This document shows, piece by piece, positions 1 to 7,507 of a stretch of DNA of 64,000 nucleotides. This stretch comes from Treponemataceae bacterium (GTDB lineage Bacteria; Spirochaetota; Spirochaetia; Treponematales; Rectinemataceae). Each line of letters begins with the position of its first letter. The first letter of the stretch is position 1. Both the position numbers and the translations under genes were made by a program. The DNA is taken from contig CAXXVZ010000005.1 in the NCBI GenBank assembly GCA_963678065.2, positions 1,152,001 through 1,216,000 on the forward strand, written 5' to 3'. Under the pieces are notes generated by a model. That model was given only the letters and a program-made list of their open reading frames with translations. It had not been told where the DNA came from and searched no databases.

Positions 1-198
1 GGCTCCACACGCCGCGAGTCCTTCAGTAAACACATTCCCGGTATGAAGCACTCCATCGAGCGCCATGAGGGTAAACAGTCCTCCCAGCGAAAGAATGTCG
101 GGAATTTTGAAGCTTTTGATGTCGGTGACCGTACACGGAAGGGCAAATGCGAGAAACACTGTCCCCCGTATGAGGTGGCTATACTCATTCACTGGCAT
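1..198 (-). CDS. A24-family (prepilin) peptidase, 5' part; runs off the window start
   Basis: Manual translation MPVNEYSHLIRGTVFLAFALPCTVTDIKSFKIPDILSLGGLFTLMAL...: hydrophobic helix followed by D-x4-KIPD, typical of A24 aspartic peptidases. Alternative in-frame ATG at 207. Confidence 0.6.
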   Translation of the reverse strand, partial: MPVNEYSHLIRGTVFLAFALPCTVTDIKSFKIPDILSLGGLFTLMALDGVLHTGNVFTEGLAACGA

Positions 199-382
199 GT
201 GAAGCATATTCTATAGCGTCTCCGTACAAAGTCAAGGATTTATATCGAGCAAAATGCCGTTTCGACGAATGTGAAAAAATAATTTTTCTTTCCTTGACGA
301 CTGTCTGGTATGTGAGTTTATACTCAATAATAATTATTCTAATCAAGCACCCCCATCGAGAGAGTCTCTAAGGAGAGAAGGT

Positions 383-3300
383 ATGAACAAGCCCGCGAGG
401 AAGAAGCTGAGAGCCTGCATCGTGCTCGCCTGCGCTGCCATGGGCGCATGGGCGCAGACACGGGCGCCGGAAGCGGCGACTGCCGGAGGCGCGTACCGGA
501 TCGAGCGGGGAACGGACGGGACGGACTCGTACACGCCGCTCGTGAAGGGACGACACACGTTCAGCTTCGGCTCGGGGGCGGGACACATCGAGTTCGATTC
601 GGACGCGGTGGACCTGTCGGTGGCGACGGTCAGGCAGGCAGGGAAGTCGGGGAAGTCCGTGGCGGCGAGCAGTTTTGCGAAGACGGGGCAGGGACTGGGG
701 AACCGAGGACTGGCGATGACGGTGAGGCAGGTAGGAGGACCGGCGGCAGGGCGGAACGGACAGATCGACGGGATGGGGATCACGGGTCCGGTGTGGGAGT
801 TTGGGCCTGAGAAGCTGCGGTTCACGAAGCCTGCGAGGCTGACGCTGCCGTACAGCTGTCCAGAGGGGATGCCGGAGAGCCAGATCCAGGTGTTCTGGTA
901 CAATGAAAGCGTGAAGCGGTGGGAAGTTGTGCCGAAGCTGAGCCAGGACATGGTTACGCACACCATTACGGCGACTATAGACCACTTCAGCAGCTATACG
1001 ACGGGTATATCGTCGAACCGAAAGGATGAAGCGGGAACGCTTGCGGGACTCGGAGGATCGAGGAGTGAGCGGGTGGACCCGTACTTCGGGACGCTCCTCA
1101 TGGACAGCACAGAGGTGGACATCGCCGCCCGAGGGATCGGCTTCGGCCTTCAATCGAGTTTCAACTCGGATTATTTGTACTCGCAGTATGTGTCGACGCT
1201 CAGCGGAAGTTTCACGAGTTCGGGCAACCTCTGTGTGAGCCCGAATAACAGCTCATACATATATGCATCTGGGTGGAGTTACCTTCTCCCGTTCTGCAAC
1301 TATGGAACCTATGGTGTGCTGACCCTGACCGTTCCCGGCGGGTCGGTGTTCGACCTCACATCTGTATTGAACCAGTTCGGGACGATGACCGCGAACGCGG
1401 AAACGACGATCGACCGTTATGTGGTCACCAAATCGGGAACGACGCTGACGGTGCGCATCCCCGAGACAGGGTTCTCGGGCCGGTTCACGATCTTCGAACA
1501 TGCGTGGTCGGATAGATCGTATCCGCCGGGAGACGATCCAGTTATCACCTATTATTACGAGGTCAAGGCGACCTCTGCGCGGCTCTTCTATCCGGACGGA
1601 CGAGAGGCAGAGTTCACGGGATCGGGGTATGTGTCGAAGATCTGGGATCCGTCCCTGGTGAACGGCGTCACGTTCAGCTACTCGGGGACGACGCTGACGC
1701 AGCTTGACCACACGGATGGTCGGTCGGTGAAGATCTATTCGTATGCGGGATCAAGCGGGCAGACACGAATAGTGTATATCCTGTCGTCGAGCACGGGAAG
1801 GACGACGCTGAATCCGGGGGATCTGTTCCTGCAGCGGAAGACACTCGACTCGTCAGGTAGAGTGATTTCAATCGACGAACTGGGAACGGTGCCGATCACA
1901 CAGACCATCACATCGTTCACGCCGAGCCTGTCGAACGAGTCGACGTACAGCACGGTGCTGCGCTCGACAACATATGGATACTCTGTAGGATTAGGCGGGG
2001 TTGACTATATTGAGATGCAATCGCCGGGGAAAGGGTACTCGAAATATACGTTCGGTGTGTCGTTCCATCCGTATGGGTATTGCACCTATTCCAATCTGTA
2101 CACCTACAACGATAATGATCCTCCTGGGGAGCCACATTGGATCACGGTCGGGGCAAACTACCGCTATTATCAAAATAAACCCAAGGTGTGCACTGTTATA
2201 CGGAAAGAACAGTCCGGTTCGACAGAGTATGCAAAGGATTATTATACCTACGAATCCGGAGGCGGAAAGACGGCATTCACGTCATCAGACTGGGAGAGTT
2301 CAACCACGACATGGCCTGATCCATGGGATATCTACCCATCGAAGACGACGATCGCGACAGTCCGTGTGGCCGGGAGTGAGACGGCACTCGTCAAAAAAGA
2401 ACTATTTTTTTCCCATACAGGGGATCTCCCAAATAAGACATATTTGGGCGTGGGAACGGATATCACGTACAAGAACTCAAGTGACTTCTATACGAAAACA
2501 GGGCGCTCATTCACCCCGACTTCCTCGTTACTTGGGAGCTATCGCACGCAGTACGAATATGTCTACATCGGGGATTCCGGTACATCGCGGTACACGCTGA
2601 CGCATTCGTACGACAGCGATGGGCGGCGGACGCGGACGCAGAACAGCCTTGCGGGAAGTACATACACGGCCTACCTCAATACGCTTACGTCTGACACCAC
2701 CTTCTGGGACAATCCGTACACATCGACGAACAACTTCACGGACAACCTGGTGAAAGGCTTCGGGATCATAGCGGGAGAGGCGGTCGAGCAGGCTTCAGGA
2801 TCGTGCTTCAAGACATACCGGAAATACCAATCAGACCTGAAGCTGCTCGAGACGAAAGATCTTGAATACTATGCGAACGGGACGGCCAACACCAAGACGG
2901 TGACGAGTGCGTGGAACAGCTCGACGAATACGCTTGCGAGCGTGACGGAGCCCTGGGGGGACTCAAGTACGACGACGACCTCGTTCAGCTACGGGAGCGG
3001 GTGGAAGAGCTCGTTCGTGACGACACAGACGAAGGAGCTGGGGGCGAACATCGGAACGAATGATCGTGTCGTCACCACGTATGATTATGACCTTGCGGGA
3101 CGACGGCTGCAGGAAGGGACGGTCGTCACGGATTCACAGGGGACCGCAATCGACGGGACGAAGTATCCCGCAGCGACGAGTAAGCTCGAGTGTGATGGAC
3201 TGGGACGAGTGACGAAGAAGTCACGGGTGGTGAGCGGGACAGAGACGACACTCGGGCGGTACGAGTATGGGCAGGACACGAATGGACTGTGGTCGACGGC

Positions 3301-6001
3301 GACGGACGGGAAAGGATTCCGCACCGAATCGCGGTACGATTTCTACGGACGGCTTCTGCAGGAGATACCGTACAAGCCGGATACGGCGAGCAGGGACGCG
3401 ACATACACGGGGTCAGGAGAGGTGGCGATCGGGAAGGTGGTGAAGACGTGGGATATGGCGATGCCATCGCTCGTGAAGAGCGAGACGGTGTATCTGGACG
3501 CAGGTCTTTCGACGCAACTTGTGACGAGCTACAGCTACGATGTGCTGGGGCGGCCTGTGCAGGTGCAGTCGGGGCCGAGCTCCGGCTCACAGGTGACGAT
3601 GGTGGCGACGGCCTACGACGACAGCCAGAACACGGTGACGGTGGACAGGTACCGGGATGGGTCGACGTACACGAGGACGAGGACGCAGAAAGACTGGCTG
3701 GGACGGACAAGCTCGGAGATCCAGTGGGACGGGACGAACGGGGGAGGGAACAGCCGGACGACGTCGTACGCTTATAATTTTACGGGACAGGTGACGTCGA
3801 AGACGATGCCGAACGGGGAAGCGTACACGTACGTGTACACGCGTGCGGGACGGCTGCAGACGGAAAGCTACCCTATGGGGCGGGGGAGTAAGTCGAACAC
3901 GTACTACCCGGACGGACGGGTGCGTGTCGCGACGGAGCTGAACGGCGACACAGTGAGTTACACGTACAATAAGGCGGGGATGGAGCGGACGAGGACGACA
4001 GCGTCGACGAGGAGCCCGCAGCCCGCGACGCTCGTAGTGACAAGCGCGTACTGCCAGTATGGTCCGGCCACGGTGGCTGAGCAGCGAGGGGGTGAATCGA
4101 CGCCGAGCCAGACGGTGGCGTGGGAATACGGGGTGAACGGGATACCGGCCAAAGAGAGTCGGACCGTCCCGACTCAGGCGGGGTCGAAGACGGCGACGGT
4201 AGTGAGGACCTACGACCTGGCGAACAATCCGGCGAGTGTGACGGTGACGGGGTTTGGTGGGTACGCGAAGGCCGTGAACTATGCGACACCGTACTTCGGC
4301 GGAACAGGATATGGCGGGAACACGAACACGCTGTCGGTGTCGGACAGTTCGTCGAACCTGCTAGGGCGGACAGGACTGTCGTTCTGGGGAGGACGGACGG
4401 CGGTATCGTACGGGACGTCGGGGGGAACGGCGGTGTACGGGTACGACACGTGGCTGCGAATGAGTTCGGTGGACAATCCGGGGAGCCTGTGCGACGGGAG
4501 CTACACGTACGATCGGACGGGGAACGTGACGGGGCGGGACGGGGTGAGCTACGGGTACGACGGGATGAACCGCCTGTCGACGGGAGGGGGAACAAGCTAC
4601 GGCTACGACGCGATCGGGAACCTGACACAGTCGACGGGGACAGATCCGGCGAGCTATGGCTATGCGCCGGTGTCGGGAGTGAACAGCATGCTCCTACGGA
4701 ACATCACGCATCCGAGTTCGCAAGCCGTGACGGACGACGCGAGTCGGGGGTGGGTGACGGGTGTGCAGAACCGATACGCGAGCCTTACGTGGGACGTGTA
4801 CGGGCGGCTGGAGGGTATGGGAGACCTGGCGAGGAACGCAGGTGGAACGCAGACGGACAGCTATCGGTACTACCCGGACGGGCTGCGGTATCGGAAAGAT
4901 GAGACGTCGACGACGGGAGCGGTGACGACGACGCTGTACGTGTACGAGGGGAACGAGATACTGCTGAAGGAGAGGATGGAGGGGAGCACGTGGAAGACGG
5001 CGCAGGTGAACGTGCGGCTTGGGGGTATGGAAGTCGGACGGTACGTGAAGGACTACGTGGGGAACACGGAGCGGCTAGAGTACGTATGGCAGGACAACCT
5101 GGGATCGCGGAGGGCAGTCACGGACACGGCGGGGACGGTGAAGGCGAAGATCGACTATGCGGTGTGGGGTGGCTCGACGGTGACGAACTACAACGGGTAC
5201 GACGGGAGTCAGGATGTGTCGTACACGGGGAAGGAGCGAGACGCGACGGGACTGTACTACTTCAATGCGCGGTACTATGATTGTGTGGCGGGGAGGTTCT
5301 ACTCTGAGGACCCGGTCAGGGATGGGGGCAACTGGTTCGTCTACTGTGGCAACAATCCGCTCTCGGCCACGGATCCCACCGGATTACGAGAAGTTGAAGA
5401 GACAGTCGATAGTGGGGTCTATGAACAGAAGGATCGAAGAGAAGCACCGGAAAGAAATTCAGGGTCATCTTTATTTGGCAAGATAAAAAGCTATTTACCT
5501 GGAGACTATTGGGCATCGAAGGGGTATGACACATGGTCTTCGGGTGGAGGCTTTTGGAAAGGTCTAGGCTATTTTGGACTAGCCGCCTGTAATGATGCAA
5601 CATTTTTGATGTTAGGTCAGATAGGGGGTGTAGCACTAAACAAGCTAGGCGGACTATTTATAAAAAGTGCCGCTGGGGAGGGGGCAATAGAGCTGCCTAC
5701 TGCTCTTCAGGGAGGTGCGGCAACAACTGACGTTTATTTTGGGACAAGACATGGCCAACGTGTATACGCTGGAATCACCAATGATCTTGCACGTCGGCAA
5801 GGTGAACATGAAAGCCGATTTATCCTTGAGCGCATAACTCAATCACCGGTGACTAGAGGTGAAGCGAGGGCTATTGAGCAGTCTTTGATCAGCCAGAATC
5901 CGGGCTTCGAGAATGTAATAAATAGTATTAGCCCGAAGCATTCCTGGTATCAGCAAGCTGTTGATTGGGGTAGTGCTTGGCTGAAAGCCAATGGGTATTA
6001 A
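383..6001 (+). CDS. Rhs/YD-repeat polymorphic toxin: signal peptide, ZU5-like domain, YD repeats, RHS core, C-terminal GIY-YIG(URI)-like nuclease
   Basis: 1872 aa; AAGGAG RBS; N-terminus ...CIVLACAAMGAWA-Q; FGPEKLRFTKPARLTLPY...DHFSSY; many YD-x-x-GR repeats; core GLYYFNARYYD...GRFYSEDP...YCGNNPLSATDPTG; tail VYFG...VYAGIT..L.RR..EH...ARAIEQ.LI...N.INSI. Confidence 0.93.
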   Translation: MNKPARKKLRACIVLACAAMGAWAQTRAPEAATAGGAYRIERGTDGTDSYTPLVKGRHTFSFGSGAGHIEFDSDAVDLSVATVRQAGKSGKSVAASSFAKTGQGLGNRGLAMTVRQVGGPAAGRNGQIDGMGITGPVWEFGPEKLRFTKPARLTLPYSCPEGMPESQIQVFWYNESVKRWEVVPKLSQDMVTHTITATIDHFSSYTTGISSNRKDEAGTLAGLGGSRSERVDPYFGTLLMDSTEVDIAARGIGFGLQSSFNSDYLYSQYVSTLSGSFTSSGNLCVSPNNSSYIYASGWSYLLPFCNYGTYGVLTLTVPGGSVFDLTSVLNQFGTMTANAETTIDRYVVTKSGTTLTVRIPETGFSGRFTIFEHAWSDRSYPPGDDPVITYYYEVKATSARLFYPDGREAEFTGSGYVSKIWDPSLVNGVTFSYSGTTLTQLDHTDGRSVKIYSYAGSSGQTRIVYILSSSTGRTTLNPGDLFLQRKTLDSSGRVISIDELGTVPITQTITSFTPSLSNESTYSTVLRSTTYGYSVGLGGVDYIEMQSPGKGYSKYTFGVSFHPYGYCTYSNLYTYNDNDPPGEPHWITVGANYRYYQNKPKVCTVIRKEQSGSTEYAKDYYTYESGGGKTAFTSSDWESSTTTWPDPWDIYPSKTTIATVRVAGSETALVKKELFFSHTGDLPNKTYLGVGTDITYKNSSDFYTKTGRSFTPTSSLLGSYRTQYEYVYIGDSGTSRYTLTHSYDSDGRRTRTQNSLAGSTYTAYLNTLTSDTTFWDNPYTSTNNFTDNLVKGFGIIAGEAVEQASGSCFKTYRKYQSDLKLLETKDLEYYANGTANTKTVTSAWNSSTNTLASVTEPWGDSSTTTTSFSYGSGWKSSFVTTQTKELGANIGTNDRVVTTYDYDLAGRRLQEGTVVTDSQGTAIDGTKYPAATSKLECDGLGRVTKKSRVVSGTETTLGRYEYGQDTNGLWSTATDGKGFRTESRYDFYGRLLQEIPYKPDTASRDATYTGSGEVAIGKVVKTWDMAMPSLVKSETVYLDAGLSTQLVTSYSYDVLGRPVQVQSGPSSGSQVTMVATAYDDSQNTVTVDRYRDGSTYTRTRTQKDWLGRTSSEIQWDGTNGGGNSRTTSYAYNFTGQVTSKTMPNGEAYTYVYTRAGRLQTESYPMGRGSKSNTYYPDGRVRVATELNGDTVSYTYNKAGMERTRTTASTRSPQPATLVVTSAYCQYGPATVAEQRGGESTPSQTVAWEYGVNGIPAKESRTVPTQAGSKTATVVRTYDLANNPASVTVTGFGGYAKAVNYATPYFGGTGYGGNTNTLSVSDSSSNLLGRTGLSFWGGRTAVSYGTSGGTAVYGYDTWLRMSSVDNPGSLCDGSYTYDRTGNVTGRDGVSYGYDGMNRLSTGGGTSYGYDAIGNLTQSTGTDPASYGYAPVSGVNSMLLRNITHPSSQAVTDDASRGWVTGVQNRYASLTWDVYGRLEGMGDLARNAGGTQTDSYRYYPDGLRYRKDETSTTGAVTTTLYVYEGNEILLKERMEGSTWKTAQVNVRLGGMEVGRYVKDYVGNTERLEYVWQDNLGSRRAVTDTAGTVKAKIDYAVWGGSTVTNYNGYDGSQDVSYTGKERDATGLYYFNARYYDCVAGRFYSEDPVRDGGNWFVYCGNNPLSATDPTGLREVEETVDSGVYEQKDRREAPERNSGSSLFGKIKSYLPGDYWASKGYDTWSSGGGFWKGLGYFGLAACNDATFLMLGQIGGVALNKLGGLFIKSAAGEGAIELPTALQGGAATTDVYFGTRHGQRVYAGITNDLARRQGEHESRFILERITQSPVTRGEARAIEQSLISQNPGFENVINSISPKHSWYQQAVDWGSAWLKANGY

Positions 6002-6002
6002 T

Positions 6003-6470
6003 ATGAACTTGAGAATTTTGAAAGGTACTAATCGGTCACCTGCTATTGGCGACTGCTTCACTATGATGCCGCCTGATGGTCAGTTTTTATTTGGCCGGGT
6101 TATTGAAATAGATGCCAACCCACTCGGATTAGGTGGTGGTATTCTAATCTACATTTACAATGGGCGATCCGAATCAAAACAAGTGCTACCAGATATGACG
6201 GTAAGCAATCTTTTGTTGCCTCCGATTATCACCAATAAGCAGCCTTGGATAAAAGGCTATTTTGAATTCTTGGGAAACGTTTCTTTAGGCCCTAAAGACA
6301 GGCTCGCTGTTCATTGTTTCAAAGATTCCCGCGGGTGGTATTTTAATGAGAGAGGAACCCGTTTGCAGGTTAAAACTGAACCAGTTGGAGAATGGGGGCT
6401 ACATAGTTATCGCACGATTGATGACGCTATATCAAATGCCCTTGGTATTCCACAGTCGCAAGAAAAATGA
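6003..6470 (+). CDS. Cognate immunity protein, Imm26-like
   Basis: ATG 1 nt after the Rhs stop; AT-rich like the toxin tip; motifs GDCF...DGQFLFGRVI...IYIY...LLLPPIITN..W.KGYF resemble Imm26. Confidence 0.75.
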   Translation: MNLRILKGTNRSPAIGDCFTMMPPDGQFLFGRVIEIDANPLGLGGGILIYIYNGRSESKQVLPDMTVSNLLLPPIITNKQPWIKGYFEFLGNVSLGPKDRLAVHCFKDSRGWYFNERGTRLQVKTEPVGEWGLHSYRTIDDAISNALGIPQSQEK

Positions 6471-6530
6471 GCCTAATGTATAGTTCAAGCTGACAACCCT
6501 ACGGGTTGCAGCTTAACTAGGTTATTAGGC
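6471..6530 (+). repeat. attC-type integron recombination site (60 bp) with non-canonical AAT/ATT core
   Basis: GCCTAAT-GTATA-GTTCAAGC-TGAC-AACCCTACGGGTTG-CA-GCTTAAC-TAGGTT-ATTAGGC: R''/5 nt/L''...L'/6 nt/R' layout with unpaired C and A on the top strand (G and T on the bottom strand); starts right after the immunity stop codon. Confidence 0.8.
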
Positions 6531-6763
6531 TAATCGAAGAACGTTAGCCGCCTTAGCCTTGTGCTGGGACGGCTTTTGTGCATCCGAGGCAAGAAAAAAT
6601 CCGAGTTATGCTGCGAGCCTGTTTCAGGGCGCGAATGGCAAAAAGAGCTGCCGCGGAGCATCGCGTCTTCGACGCGCAGCCCCGTGGCTAGGGGAAGACA
6701 CCCATCTGAATGCTTGACTCCATGCTTATGAATTTCGAGTATCGAGCCGAAGGGGAAGGCAGA

Positions 6764-6881
6764 CCCGATTGCGCCTAATGCGTAGGGTGGCGAAGTCCGC
6801 GGAAGCGGATTTGGGGGAGCGCCACTCCACGCGCAGCGTGAGGTGGCACGACCCGCCAACCGAGAATTAGGCGCAGTCGGG
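6764..6881 (-). repeat. Second, longer attC-like branched hairpin with the same GCCTAAT...ATTAGGC ends
   Basis: Outer inverted repeat CCCGATTGCGCCTAAT (6764-6779) / ATTAGGCGCAGTCGGG (6866-6881), 15/16 match; inner stem GGTGGCG/CGCCAACC with one bulge; two internal hairpins. Confidence 0.55.
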
Positions 6882-6993
6882 CGACTGTGTTTGATGGTGT
6901 TAAGGGGTTTTGATAGTTTCCGCTGTGACGTAGACCCCGCAGCGTGAGTCACGAGCGGAGAGACCCTCTGCATGGGGGAATATGTACAGCACG

Positions 6994-7251
6994 CTATTTA
7001 TACGCGTCTTTGCGATCACGAACTCGAATTATTTCAATAACCAAACGCCGATCGACGATGTTGTAGACGACACAATACTCGCCGACAATGCGGTAGGTGT
7101 TTTCGGTATCAGTGAGCTTTCGGACGCCATTGGGACGCGGCTCCGAGGCCAAGCTTTCCACGGCGAGGATGATCTTCGAGATGATCGGCTTGGGAAGCTT
7201 TTTGAGCTTCCTGGCGGCCGACGACTTCCACTCGATGTTATACGAGGCCAC
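6994..7251 (-). CDS. RelE/ParE-family type II toxin, possibly attenuated
   Basis: GTG start overlapping the antitoxin stop; YNIEWKSSA...LASEPRPNGVRKL...YRIVGEYCVVY...IEIIRVRDRKDAY. Confidence 0.8.
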   Translation of the reverse strand: MASYNIEWKSSAARKLKKLPKPIISKIILAVESLASEPRPNGVRKLTDTENTYRIVGEYCVVYNIVDRRLVIEIIRVRDRKDAYK

Positions 7252-7435
7252 CGGCTTTGAGCCCCGCCAGCAAATCCGTGTGAGACACGGTCTCTTCGGC
7301 GCGGCGCTCGGCAACGGCCGCGAGGTCGGAGAGGTCCTCGAGGAGTTCGGTATAGGCATCGAGGGGAAGTATGACGGCGGTTTTCTGGCCCTTGGCGTCG
7401 GTGATGTATTGGGGATTGCTGATGGCAGCATCCAT
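7238..7435 (-). CDS. Type II antitoxin upstream of the RelE-like toxin
   Basis: 65 aa, QYITDAKGQKTAVILPLDAYTELLEDLSDLAAVAERRAEE; AGGAGG RBS; overlaps toxin start. Confidence 0.8.
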   Translation of the reverse strand: MDAAISNPQYITDAKGQKTAVILPLDAYTELLEDLSDLAAVAERRAEETVSHTDLLAGLKAGGLV

Positions 7436-7454
7436 ATTGCCCTCCTATAAAACA

Positions 7455-7470
7455 TCAATCCTACGATTGA
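7455..7470. promoter_or_regulatory. Palindrome upstream of the TA operon, candidate autorepression operator
   Basis: TCAATC-CTAC-GATTGA, 20 bp upstream of the antitoxin ATG. Confidence 0.4.
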
Positions 7471-7507
7471 CTCCAGATCAATAGTTTTTGGCTCGGCAAT
7501 GCCGAGA

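Noticed and set aside
5611..5617. GTTAGGT inside the Rhs tip as a possible upstream cassette boundary for the 6471 attC
   Set aside because: A 7-mer can occur by chance, it has GTT rather than ATT, and the composition shift is at DPTG (~5383); needs comparative genomes.
6530..6973. 147-aa minus-strand ORF across the hairpin region
   Set aside because: No RBS or recognisable motifs; overlaps structured repeats.
7252..7458. N-terminal extension of the 154-aa ORF containing RelE
   Set aside because: Overlaps the antitoxin in another frame; the GTG at 7251 gives a normal-sized RelE.
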